A stretch of DNA of 64,000 bases from Octopus sinensis (Eukaryota), in contig NW_021835965.1 in assembly GCF_006345805.1 (NCBI RefSeq), positions 30,489-94,488 of the forward strand. Reading direction: 5' to 3'. Positions 12,250 to 24,450 of this stretch are shown here, piece by piece. The notes below the pieces were generated by a model that saw only the letters and a list, made by a program, of their open reading frames with translations, ran no database searches and was not told the origin of the DNA. Within the stretch, counting starts at the first letter, position 1. Every line of letters starts with the position of its first letter. The translations under genes and the position numbers were made by a program.

Positions 12250-12960
12250 TTTTGCTTTCACAACATAACCCATCATCACAGTGTGTTATAAATTTGCTAA
12301 ATCCTCGGTGAACAACTCTTGCACAGATGGAATGGAAATAACAGTTCTTGAGGGGATGAATATTTTGCAGGTTCCCTTCACGTCCTTCTCACAATGCAAC
12401 ACGACCAATTCTGACAGGGAAAGAGAGCGAAAGAGAACGAAAGAGAACAAAAAAGGGTGATGAATTGACACCAGTATTTACGATCGTCTGTATGCCTTAA
12501 ACAGATTTGCTAATTGCCAGTGTTATAGCAATTAATATTCTATGGCATTTAATTATGAAGCAGTTCCTTCAGGCAACAGGTGACATTTTAGAGTTTCCAC
12601 AGATTTTATTTGAATCGATCACAAATAATACTACTCTGTCAATAGTCTGGTTACATAACTCCAAGCTGAAGTTGTCTGGCTGCTTTAGCTCTCTTCGTTC
12701 TCGGTTACAGATAAAGCGCGGCAATTTGTCGTTAATCTTTTCAGCTGGAACCGTTACAGCAATACACGTAACAGAACTGGTCGCTTTTCCAGTCACACAC
12801 TCACATTTGAAGTTATCTTAAATAACAGGACACGTAAAACTGGATGAAAGAAATCCATTCTCTGTATTCACTGTTCCGTTAGATTCAACCGTAAATGATA
12901 CGTTCTTCTTTCTATTTTCTTCGGCAATATTTTCCCGTTCATTCTACGCATGGATACCAA
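12250..12960 (-). pseudogene. Possible decayed leucine-rich-repeat protein sequence
   Basis: Non-repetitive segment. Minus frames give TCPVI*DNFKCECVTGKATSSVTCIAV..KLP (LRRNT-like Cys spacing), LELCNQTI, LFVIDSNKI and FRSLSLSELVVLHC. In-frame stops are present; the match is by eye only. Confidence 0.2.
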
Positions 12961-12990
12961 GTAGAACATTAATTCATAATCATATTCGTT

Positions 12991-13148
12991 CACTTGCTTC
13001 AGTCATTTGACTCCGGTCATGCTGGAACACCGCCTCAAAGGGTTTTATAGTCGAAGAAATCGACCCCCAGGATTTATTTATTTGTAAGCGTAGTTCTTAT
13101 TCTCTTTTGCTGAACTGCTAAGTTACAGGGACGTAAATACACACACAC

Positions 13149-13206
<58 letters not shown>

Positions 13207-13386
13207 GCATAATATAGAGAAATATATATACACGACGGGCTTCTTTCTGTTTCTGTCTACCAAATCCACTCACAAGGCTTTGGTCGAAACGAGGCTATAG
13301 TAGAACACACGCGTCACGGAGTAAGACTGAACTCGGAACCATGTGGTTAGGAAGCAAGCTTCTGACCACACACCCACACCTGCGCC
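12991..13386 (-). mobile_element. SINE-B with internal (TA)/(CA) microsatellite
   Basis: Reverse complement of the ggcgcagg..ggttccgagttcagtc head and the ..ggccg(g/c)agtcaaatgactgaa tail. Confidence 0.85.
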
Positions 13387-13808
13387 TACGCATAATGCTA
13401 TTATACATAATACACACATTATATCATTGGCTTTACAAATACGACCATACACATAAAGTATTTTCTAAAATACATGAATACTTTTCCTACAACACATTTA
13501 TTTGCATCTTGTATTAATAAATTGTTTTTATTAAAGCTTTAATTTAAAAATTGTTATTTTTCTGTGCATAAATTCTTGTCCATTTTTAATCAATATCTCA
13601 CCAAGTGTCTACAATAAAGTGTTGTTTAGCTACTTTGAAAATATCTATCTATCGGTAGAAAATATCTATCTTTCGGTGAGAAGCTCACTTTGCAACCATA
13701 TCGTTTAGGGTTCTGCATGCTACCTTGGGCAAGGGATTTCCACTATAGCTCCTGCCCGAACAATGTCTTGTGAGTGAATTTAGTCGGTGGTAACTGTTTG
13801 GAAGCCCG

Positions 13809-13854
<46 letters not shown>

Positions 13855-13906
13855 GGGTGACCCCCCTTCGGTCATGAATAACCACGGGATTGCACCTAGA
13901 AAGTTA

Positions 13907-13994
13907 CCTTCTTCAGTCGCTTTAATTTCATTTACTCCACGTTTCGATGACCTTCGAAACGTGGAGTAGATGAAATTAAGGCGACTGAAGAAGG
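13907..13994. repeat. 41-bp-arm hairpin palindrome
   Basis: 13907-13947 versus 13954-13994: 39/41 complementary, loop TGACCT. Confidence 0.92.
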
Positions 13995-14476
13995 GGAATT
14001 TTCCTTGTTTTGTATATCCTGTACTCTATTTTTTCGTTGTTTTAAAAAAATGTCCATTTCCTTGGTTTTGTGTTTATGTTTTCGTTTCTCATTGTGTTCG
14101 ACGTTTTTTTGGTCTCCTGTACCCATATATGCATGTATATATACATGTAGAGGTAGGTACGTACATATATGTATGTATATATGCATATGTTTTATTTATT
14201 TATTAATTTATATATATATATATATACATACAGATAGATTTGTGTGGGTGTGTCCTAGTGTTTGTGTTCTATGCCCACCAGCGCTTGACAACTGACGTTG
14301 ATTTTCTAACACCCCTGTAGTAACTTAGCAGCTTCGACAAAAGATACCGATAGAAGAAGTACGCGAATCGACAAAATAATACTGGGGTCGATTTGTTTGA
14401 CTAAAATCTTTCAGGTTGGTGCCCTAGCATGGCCGGAGTCGAATGACTGAAGCTAGTAAACTACAAAAGATATGTG

Positions 14477-14905
14477 AGATCTTTTCGGTTTGAACGGCAG
14501 TTTTTTCTAGCGGTGTCATATGAAATTGTCACCCATAATTATGACCCTAGTATCGATCTATTGCATTTCAATCTGTTTTAGGGTTAGGGTTAGTTAGGGT
14601 TAGGGTTAGGGTGGGGGAAGATATCTTTTTTCTTCACAAATGTAAATAAATCCAATCTGTTTCTTAAACGAGGGACATATTCATACGGCACAGAATGTTT
14701 TCACCTCAAATACACGTCATTGATTGGTTGAAATTGCAGAAATTGAAGAAAAAAAACAACAAATATCTTACAAACTATTGAATTTTCTCAATAAAGCCAA
14801 GAGAAAAAAATGTTTTATAAACACATTCTACCAGTAAACGAAGTTTAAAATTTTTTAGTTAGCTAGAAATTATGTTAAAAACTGCCGTTCAAACCGAAAA
14901 GATCT
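14477..14905. mobile_element. MITE with 29-bp perfect TIRs and 8-bp TSD (hAT- or Merlin-type)
   Basis: TIR AGATCTTTTCGGTTTGAACGGCAGTTTTT at both ends. TSD GATATGTG at 14469-14476 and 14906-14913. Confidence 0.92.
14578..14611 (+). repeat. Interstitial (TTAGGG)n tract inside the MITE
   Basis: Five TTAGGG units plus one TTAG, followed by TGGGGG. Confidence 0.9.
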
Positions 14906-15191
14906 GATATGTGATTTTATATTTATTCTATACGCACGTCTTTTATTTTCTAGGCATTCACTTATTTTACCAATCATAGCTCCTCTTAAGTAATCTTTGC
15001 TTACTTTTAAAAGCTATGTTTGATTATAATCAATGCAATAACAGGTTTCGAATCATTTTTAAAATTCTAGATAAACCATGCCGCCCATCCTGTGTTTATG
15101 TAAGGGCGTTATAGGGAATACGTGTTAAAAAATGCTATTATTCGTATTTTCGATTGTATTTCTGTTATCTTTATTACATATTCTCATTCGT

Positions 15192-15556
15192 GTGGAGGCG
15201 CATGACCCAGTGGTTAGGGCAGCGGAATCGCGGTCGTAGGATCTCGGTTTCGATTCCCAGACCCGGTGTTGTGAGTGTTTATTGAGCGAAAATACCTAAA
15301 GCTCCGCGATGTTCCGGTAGGGGGTGGTGGCGAACTCTGCTGTAATCTTTCACCCCAACTTCCTCTCACTTTTCCTGTTTCTGTTGTACACGTATTTCAA
15401 AGGGCCGGCCTTGTCACACTGTGTCACGCTGAATCTCCGCGAGAACTACATTAAGGGTACGCGTGTCTGTGGAGTGCTCGGCCACTTGCACGTTAATTTC
15501 ACGAGCAGGTTGTTCCGATCGGCTGGAACCCTTGTCGTTGTAAGCGACGGAGTGTG
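15192..15556 (+). mobile_element. SINE-C (tRNA-derived), full length
   Basis: A-box-like TGACCCAGTGG and B-box GGTTTCGATTCCC; colinear with 58157-58544. Confidence 0.9.
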
Positions 15557-15807
15557 CCATATTTTCATTCGTACAATGTGGGCCAAAAGTCCCTTAGTCT
15601 AACGATATATTACGATCTGTAGGAAAATAATCTGGTGATTTTGATTGTTGCACAAACTACGCTTTTATACTCCGTGACACGGATGGATAAATGTCTGGGA
15701 GGTGGTTATCATTCTACAAATATGCGTCCGTATACATTCGGCTGCTAGCGTGTAGGTGTACTTATTGCATGCATACGGATTCATAGGTATGTACTCTCTC
15801 TCGCATT

Positions 15808-15935
15808 ACTCTTTTACTTGTTTCAGTCATTTGACTGCAGCTATGCTGGAGCACCGCCTTTAGTTGAGCAAATCGACCCCACGACTTATTCTTTGTAAGC
15901 CTAGTACTTATTCTATCGGTCACTTTTGCCGAACC
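15808..15935 (-). mobile_element. SINE-B 3' part
   Basis: Reverse complement of the family tail ending gtaaaagagta. Confidence 0.88.
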
Positions 15936-16134
15936 GGTTCTCACCGGTTCTCACTCTTTCCCTTAACATTACGTTCTTCACACACTTCTAATTACAGCAT
16001 ATGTCGTAATCCCCAATCCGGGAGATAAACCTGTCTCAGGCACCAAACGAGCTCTATTTAGTAGATGACTAATTGCTATCCTACTCCGAGTGAAACTAAG
16101 AGAGTTCGACTAACGCCTCGATACCGAATGTCTC

Positions 16135-16410
16135 CTCTGTGTTTAGCCCAGTTACGCGCTGGGGTCGATATAATCGACTTAATCCGTCTGTCTGTCCTTG
16201 TTTGTCCTCCCTGTGTTTAGTCCCTTGTGGGTAGTAAAGAAATAGGTATTTCGTCTGTCTTTACGTTCTGAGTTCAAATTCCGCCGAGGTTGGCTTTGCC
16301 TTTCATCCATTCGGGGTCGATAACTTAAGTACCAGTTACGCACTGGGGTCGATCTAATCGACTGGCCCTCTTCCCCCAAATTTCGGGCCTTGTGCCTAGA
16401 GTAGAATAGA
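16135..16410 (+). mobile_element. SINE-A partial dimer
   Basis: Tail 1, then junction aaagaaataggtatttcgtc, then core, then tail 2. Confidence 0.85.
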
Positions 16411-16570
16411 ATATTGAGCACTGTTTTCTTCTTTCACTTACAAGCTGTAAACAAGTATAACATGTATATATGTGTGTAAGCTGTTCTCCTTACATCGACA
16501 GTACCTGTCGTAAAGTTCTAAATAAAACGTGATCGTTGTCAATCAAAATATTGAATGTTCATTCAGAGTA

Positions 16571-16994
16571 GGCGCAGGAGTGGCTGTGTGGTAAGTAGCT
16601 TGCTAACCAACCACATGGTTCTGGGTTCAGTCCCACTGCGTGGCATCTTGGGCAAGTGTCTTCTGCTATAGCCCTGGGCCGACCAATGCCTTGTGAGTGG
16701 ATTTGGTAGACGGAAACTGAAAGAAGCCTGTCGTATATATGTATATATATATATATGTATGTGTATGTGTATGTGTGTGTTTGTGTGTCTCTGTTTGTCC
16801 CCCTAGCATTGCTTGACAACCGATGCTGGTGTGTATACGTCCCCGTCACTTAGCGGTTCGGCAAAAGAGACCGATAGAATAAGTACTGGGCTTACAAAGA
16901 ATAAGTCCCGGGGTCGATTTGCTCGACTAGAGGCGGTGCTCCAGCATGGCCGCAGTCAAATGACTGAAACAAGTAAAAGAGTAAGAGTAAAGAG
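16571..16994 (+). mobile_element. SINE-B (tRNA head, CORE-like block, internal microsatellite), full length
   Basis: A-box TGGCTGTGTGG, B-box GGTTCAGTCCC, TTGGGCAAGTG block, internal (TA)(TG)n and a (GTAAGAG/GTAAAAGA) tail. Confidence 0.92.
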
Positions 16995-17039
16995 TATCTT
17001 TACAAGAATAGAAAACACTTCTATGATTATATAAATTCT

Positions 17040-17750
17040 TTTGTATTTCATGCAACATGAAAAGGAAATAGACAGTGCTACTCCTACAAATCATTAGTTT
17101 CTTTTATTCACCATTTATTAGTACATACCATACATCCCGAGGGATCGACCATTTTTGAAACTCGTTTATTCAACAATTAAGGTGAATTACTTCAAATAAT
17201 TTACCTCTCTTTACTACATATAGAATATTTCAAATTTTGGTGAAACTGATGACATTTTATTCCTAAAGGAACAAATTGATATTTTCCCAATGTTTGACCC
17301 TGCTGAAATATTCAGTTGACAAATGGCCCTCATGAGAAATGTAAAGATAATGAGATTTTAGTAAGGACATATAAGAAATGTATTTATCAATGTTAGAATT
17401 ATAAGACCATTTACTTAAGTTTGAAAAAATGTCACTTATCTTACGATACTACTTACATCGTATTTAAAAGCAAAATTTAATTTACGATAAATTCGGCAGA
17501 TGTTTAATCAATATTGTACAGGAATAAAAAATGGCAACTCGATAAATAGAGTTTTTATTGTCTTTGATTATTTTTGGTAATAAATACGTAATACTTATTT
17601 CCTCAACCAACATGATTATTTTGGGAGATAAACAGTAATTGAAGAGAATGTGTGATATTAAGTGTAAAACTGCACAACCTGTTTGCATTAAATGCTAACA
17701 AACGATAAATTTCTTACCTTGAAGACAAAAAAAATTCAATACAAAATGTA
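17040..17750 (-). mobile_element. Degenerate Penelope-like RT fragment
   Basis: Minus strand gives YLLPKIIKDN (PLE YxLPKIHK), YRKISDIFSNL and LYISHEG (SLYTNIPH..G) in the expected order. Confidence 0.55.
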
Positions 17751-18129
17751 TAATTATAATTTCTTTCAAATTACTTTCTTTTATAACGATACTAAAAATA
17801 TTTTTATGCTAATACCGTTTTATAACCAACATTTATGTTGGCAAAGTTCTTTCTTTTTATTTATTATTAGTAAATTTTTTTAATAATGTATTTTGTTTAT
17901 TTCAGAGTAAGTTTACTGTCTAACGAAACAAAATTTAACTCTTACAACTACTATATAATAAGTAAACGGTTTGTGAAATGTTGGTCCATTACACATTTTT
18001 ATTAAATTACTGTTTAACCAGCAGAAGAAGCTTTTCCCAAGGTAATAAGGAATTAGTCGATATATACATATGTATGTACACACACACACACATATATATA
18101 TATATATGTGTGTATATATATATATATAT

Positions 18130-18172
<43 letters not shown>

Positions 18173-18940
18173 GATTTTGATTTTGATTTTGATTTTTCCA
18201 GTTTCAGCTAATGAGCTGTGGCCATGCTGGGGCACCGCCATTTATATATATGTATATACATATATATATGTATATACATATATATGTACATGTATATATG
18301 TATACATATATATATGTATATAAATATATATGTACATGTATATATATATGTATATATACATATATATATACATGATCATAACCAGCTGATCTAGCAAGCG
18401 GGGCCTCATATCAGTGAGGGGGGCCGGTACGCATTGATGCCATCGAGAGGTAGGCCCCGAAATGACGCGCATTCTCTCCTGATGACCCCATACACTTGCT
18501 GGCTTCCGGTATACGGAGCTTTTAACTAGTAGCACTTGCATGTGCAAGTTGTTTGAAAGACATATATATATGTATATATAATATATATACGTGTGTGTAT
18601 GTATATATACATATATGTATATGTGTATATATATATATATGTATATACATACATATATATAGGTGCAGCAGTGGCTGTGTGGTAAGTAGCTCGCTTACTT
18701 CCCACAGCGCATGTGTTGTTTGTTGTGAGTGAGCACATCTGTTGTTGTGTTGTGCGTATCACTGAAGGAGATTGCCGGCTAGCCGGTGAAAAAGTAGCCC
18801 ACCTGTAAGGTAAGGCTTTTGTTTTGGGGGTATAGTGGGGATTTGTTGTTTGTGGTAATATTTTTTATAAGCAAGGAGTCCTCACTGGATTGTGGACTCT
18901 AGTCTGCCTGCAGTTGGGATAAGACTCTCTTTTCTCTTTG

Positions 18941-19070
18941 CTCTCTTTTATTTGTTTCAGTCATTTGACTGCGGCCATGCTGGAGCACCGCCTTTAATCA
19001 AGCAAATCGACCCCGGGACTTATTCTTTGTAAGCCCAGTACTTATTCTATCGGTCTCTTTTGCCGAGCCG
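18941..19070 (-). mobile_element. SINE-B 3' part
   Basis: Reverse complement of the family tail. Confidence 0.88.
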
Positions 19071-19400
19071 TGGAGGATATTTTCTGTTTTTCTGCTCCTG
19101 GACCTGGAGTACCTGAATGGAGTACTAATTTGTGGAAAACATGTCGAACAGGATTACCGGAGGCCGGAAGTGTATTTGTTGTGGTTTGAACTGTCTTCTT
19201 TCCTTCTTTTTCTCTGCGCTGTCTATCTCTCTTTTATTTTTGACTGCTTTAGACTGTTTGTTTTGAACTGTTATATGTGTGTGTGTACTCTTCCATGTCT
19301 ACATATTTATATTACACGCATGCATAAGTATAAGTATTATATTATACTAACTAGCAGAATCGTGAGAGCATCGGACATTCGGTATCGTACCACTCCCGCA

Positions 19401-19508
19401 TTCTTCTTCTTCTTCTTCTTCTTCTTCTTCTTCTTCTTCTTCTTCTTCTTCTTCTTCTTCTTCTTCTTCTTCTTCTTCTTCTTCTTCTTCTTCTTCTTCT
19501 TCTTCTTC
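19401..19508. repeat. (TTC)n microsatellite
   Basis: About 35 perfect units. Confidence 0.98.
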
Positions 19509-20129
19509 TCTGCGAAGAATTCACAACGACCTCGAACCCACAAGAGTAAGCAAGAGAGAGAAAGAGAGAGAGAGGTAGAAACAAGGAAAATGCCCAACGT
19601 ATTTGAATACTATGCAAATATTCTTTTAAAAAATTTTTCGTTTAATTTTTCCAAAATTTAATTGTTTTCCATACTTAGAGTTTAAAATGTCTCAATAACT
19701 GAGCCCGGTACTAAAATGTTTTTTTATGATAAAATTATTTTAGCATTTTCTACCTTGACTTTTTTCCTTATACATATCAACTCGTGTGTTCCTTTTCAAC
19801 CCTCTACATATAAATATATATATATATATACGTATGTATATGTTAATATATGTATAGATATGTGTGTGTACTTACATATCTACAAATTTATTTTACACGC
19901 ATGCATATGTACAAGTATTTATATTATACTAACTAGTAGAATCGTGAGAGCATCGGACATTCGGTATTTGTCTTGTGTCTCTGTGCTTTGGATTCAAATC
20001 CTGCCAGGAAATACGTTGTCTTTCATTTCTCTAGGATTGCTAAATACATGCCAATATTCAGATCAAATAATAATGAATCAAATGTACGAAATATAAACCC
20101 TAGAAACTAAATGTTAGACTAGTACTAGC

Positions 20130-21480
20130 TTTTCATTTGTAGCTGGTCCGTTTTCTGAAGCATACAGATTCATGAACTATTTTTGATGTACTTTTGAAAC
20201 TTATTCTGAAACTTATACCGATTTTCTTAACAGATGACTCAGACTTGTTAAACCGTTTCCAGAAAAAAGAAGCAACTAAAGAGATGCTCATTGCTTCAGT
20301 TTATGTAGTAATATAGAAATAAATGGTCATAGAATTCTAGATGGAAAATAATTTATCACAAAGTACCAGAAGAAATAGAGAAAACAATCCTCATTAAAGG
20401 AATAAATTTCGACATACAAAACAATTATTTTGATTTCTAAGGTATTATTGATGGGAAAATATCTAGGTCCACTATGGTAACAATTTAGTCATGGTGTACT
20501 TATAAGTCTATATACAAGGACAATCCAGATTAAGATCTGGTGACAACTTTCATAAATATGTATTGAGCAACTGGAAATGATATATAGTAGCTATATCTTG
20601 GGAATACATTGTCTCGATCAATCTGGTAAGTTGAAAAAATATTTAATTAATATATATAGTAGAAATAATAGTATTCAACTCACACCGGAGTATAATAAAC
20701 ACCGACTACCACCTTGGAAAATTGCTATTATTAGAAGAAACACGGATATCGACACCGATATTTACTTCAAGCAACCAAACACAAAGCAATATTTGTTATT
20801 TACATCTCACCGTTATAAACACACAAGAAGAAATATGCAATTTTATTTGATAAGAAAAGTCTGCACAAATGCGTCCACTTTAAAAACTTTGGTTAAACGA
20901 TTTCAAGAAGTACAGAAACTATTGCTCTAAAGATAGCTTACAGCAACATTAATTGATAGCGGTATATAGCCTGCTAAAGCAATAGTTATTCAGCAATTGC
21001 AATGGACAAAAAGTACTTCAGATATTCTCAATGCATTGCCTTGTGTATTAAACATTCAACTCAAAATATTACAGTAGCATACAACATTCGGTCACCAGTA
21101 TATTAGGAAATCCTTGAGAATGAAAATAACACTCGAAACACAAAAGTCGTAGAAACTAATGGACGACCAACTTTTTTTTTAAATATTACTAACCAACGCC
21201 TAATTATCAACTGAAAAATACAATATCATAAGTTAAAACTTGTGGTCGTGCTATCTGCGGTAGTTATATTCATTATATTTTCAACACAACTTACAAAGTT
21301 AGACAATCATCGTCGCTTATGCATCTCAGAACTTAACTTTTGCCATTCAATGTCATGGATTTATTAAAGAATACTCCGGACACACAGGTGTAGGGATATA
21401 TATGGCTTACCTGGTGCCGTTTGTAGCATGATTAACTAAGCTACGTCTGATTAGTTTAGACTTGCAATCAGTCTTAACAC
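20130..21480 (+). mobile_element. Penelope-like element remnant: RT plus GIY-YIG endonuclease
   Basis: NNLVMVYL, SIQLTPEY..LPPWKI, IDTDIYFKQPNTKQYLLFTSH (PLE RT thumb), then VKTCGRAIC and FAIQCHGFIKEYSGHTG (decayed GIY-YIG). Confidence 0.75.
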
Positions 21481-21585
21481 AAACTGCAAGTCACAAATTA
21501 TTACATATGGCTGAAAAGTAGTCATACATATATACATACATAATTACATACATAGATACGCAGACAGGCAAGCAGGCATGGATGC

Positions 21586-21772
21586 ATGAATGCATGCATA
21601 CATACATACATTTATACACACATACATACATACATACATACATACATACATAATACATACATACATACATACATACATACATACATACATACATACATGC
21701 ATGCATGCATGCATACATACATACATACATACATACATACATACATACATACATACATACATACATACATAC
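21586..21772. repeat. (CATA)n microsatellite (continues at 22031-22165)
   Basis: Long TACA array with CATG variants, split by a LINE 3' end. Confidence 0.95.
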
Positions 21773-22030
21773 ACCACAGGTACTGTAAGAATCTGGAAAA
21801 CGTTCCAGAAATTTATCATTTAAGTATATATACGCGTATCTAGATATTCAACAATATGCATGAGAATACACAGATAAAACAAAATAAATCTGAACATGCA
21901 CTGGCTCCAAATACTGTACATATACACATGTGCATGCAATAATACCCTGTTGATGTTGAAAATCCAATGAAACAGACTTGGGTCTAGGTTAGAAACGGAC
22001 TCTTTTTCTATTGGCAAGATTGGATACTGA
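21773..22030 (+). mobile_element. RLE-type (R4/Dong-like) LINE 3' end inside (CATA)n
   Basis: Encodes TTGTVRIWKTFQKFII*. The 3'UTR (ctaggttagaaac..ctattggcaa) is homologous to 22640-22887. CATA repeats lie on both sides. Confidence 0.75.
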
Positions 22031-22136
22031 CATACATACATACATACATACATACATACATACATACATACATACATGCATGCATGCATGCATGCATGCA
22101 TACATACATACATACATACATACATACATACATACA

Positions 22137-22165
<29 letters not shown>

Positions 22166-22169
<4 letters not shown>

Positions 22170-22887
22170 GTCATCTACTGATGAGACATGGCGTTGCAGC
22201 TAGGAAACTATGATGAAATCCGTCGCAAAGATATTCCCGAGGACAAAGAAATAAGAACCCACAATATGGTAAAAGCCATAGCTACTCATAATAAAAAGTA
22301 ATACTGGTGGAATGTACAAGTGAAGACCTCAATGGAATGTAAGCACAACAGAACAGATATAGTGATTTGGGATAGAGAAGAGAAACTGTACACAGTTGTG
22401 TAAATTGGCTACCCAGCGGATGTTAACATAAAGCAGAATATCAGTGAAAAAGAGACTACCTATACTGAACTATTGAGAAATCTGCAGTTACTCTATCCAG
22501 ATTACAAGTTCAGGTCCATACCTGTAATTATTGGGGGCCTGTGAAATGTAACACACTGCCTAGATATCAATCTTGAGAAATTAGGCTTCTAAAAACCAGA
22601 AAGGAGAATGGTAATTTGAAGACTACAAATACATTCCATCACTGGAACTGTAAAAATCTCGAACATTTCAAGGATTTTATCATTTAAATATATATGAGAT
22701 ATGCAACTATATGCATGAGAATACTTACATAAAACATACAAATCTGCACATACATACAGAGAGAGAGACAGAAATACAGACAGACAAGTGTACCCTCCTT
22801 GAAATTCCAATGAATGAGCCTTGGATCTAGGTTAGAAACCGATTCTTTCTCTATTGGCAAAATATCTTGAAATAAACTGAATAATGA
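22166..22887 (+). mobile_element. RLE-type (R4/Dong-like) LINE: restriction-like endonuclease domain and 3'UTR
   Basis: KHNRTDIVIWDREEKLYTVV*IGYPAD..EKETTYTELLRNLQLLYPDYKFRSIPVIIGGL..SITGTVKI, a decayed PD-(D/E)xK domain. Preceded by (CATA)n and ends in ACATACAT. Confidence 0.82.
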
Positions 22888-23292
22888 CATACATATATAC
22901 AGACAGACAGACAGACATTCATACATATATACATGCAAGTATATGCTTGTGATTCACTCGATCTCTAATTGAAGGTTATCGCGACTCGTAATCTTTCAAG
23001 CGACAAGATGAGAAAGGATGCGATCTTGGTGTTGTCACATAGAGGACCCCAATTGACTTGAGTTTCTTCGGAGTCAGTTGTAGAAAGAATGATTACAGCT
23101 AGCCAGCAGGCGGAAATAGACACTATGGAAATGGAATTAGATTCAGTCGAAGGAAATATTACACGAGAAGCTGCTCCATCTGGATTTTCAATACTTACAA
23201 TAAGAATTACGATATCCTCTCCGGGTTTTGAATAACTACAATAAAAAATTAATTTTCGGACAACGACGAGAAACTTTTGGATTGTTTATTCA

Positions 23293-23713
23293 GGCGCAGG
23301 AGTGGCTGTGTGGTAAGTAGCTTGCTTACCAACCACATGGTCCCGGGTTCAGTCCCACTGCGTGGCACCTTGGGCAAGTGTCCTCTACTATAGCCTCGGG
23401 CCGACCAAAGCCTTGTGAGTGGATTTGGTAGACGGAAACTGAAAGAAGCCCGTCGTATATATGTATATGTATATATTTGTGCGTGTGTTTGTGTGTCTGT
23501 TTGTCCACCTCCAACATCGCTTGTCAACCGATGCTGGTGTGTTTATGTCCCCGTCACTTAGCGGTTCGGCAAAAGAGACCGATAGAATAAGTACTAGGCT
23601 TCCAAAGAATAAGTCTTGGGGTCGATTTCCTCGACTAGAGGCGGTGCTTCAGCATGGCCACAGTCAAATGACCGAAGCAAGTAATTGAGTAAAAGAGTAA
23701 ATAGTAAAGAGTA
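23293..23713 (+). mobile_element. SINE-B full length
   Basis: Colinear with 16571-16994. Confidence 0.92.
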
Positions 23714-24251
23714 ATCTGTGTTTTTCTACCACATTATGGAATTTCTCATGTAGAAAAAAGATATATTGTCTTCCTCTGTTGATGTTCTATTATATAATAC
23801 AGAAAAAAAAAAGGAAATAACATTTCGTTTCTGCTTTAAATGTACGAAGTATTTAAGTAGAGAGGTGGAATTCATTATACTTCCGGAATTAAATGAATGC
23901 ATATGTTGGTTGTATCATGTTTTAAGGCTGCTTGTATCTGGTATTAAGGATGTCCTGCGTATGTCCGATCCGCGTTACTCCACAGAATAATACAGGTGGG
24001 TATACACCTGCTCTAAATATTACTACAAGTTTAGTCATTTATGCCATTGCTGACGAGTTGTATAGTGTGCTTCACGAAGACATTGTTCTGGGTTTGATAC
24101 CAATGCGTCGATCTTTGGATGCCTTCTGATATAACTCTCACTTACCAATCAATACTGGTAAGAGAAACTTCGTAGATGAAAACTATGTGGATATCTGTTA
24201 TACACATACATTCATATATACATGCATACATATATGCATTCATATATATAT

Positions 24252-24319
<68 letters not shown>

Positions 24320-24329
24320 GAGAGGTGTA

Positions 24330-24450
24330 GGAACAACAAGGAGGTGTATTTGTTTAACGCTCGGGAAACATAGAAAGTCTTTTACGTTTTGAACCTACGC
24401 TGTTTGACAGAAAGGATTAAGAGGGAAAAAACGCAGAACGAGAACGGGTA
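24330..24450 (-). mobile_element. PLE-type terminal repeat (family of 5480/35640) with decayed hammerhead-like motif
   Basis: Minus strand: CTTT-CTGTCAA-A-CAGCGTAGGTTC-AAAAC-GTA-AAAG..cccgagcgttaaac. Confidence 0.5.

Noticed and set aside
14578-14611. True telomere or chromosome-fusion scar
   Set aside because: Only five units, in one orientation, enclosed by MITE TIRs and TSD.
22965-23100. GPCR ERY-like motif (ASFLILSLERLRVAI)
   Set aside because: The Cys-to-Arg spacing is 15 residues rather than the roughly 25 of rhodopsin-class TM3.
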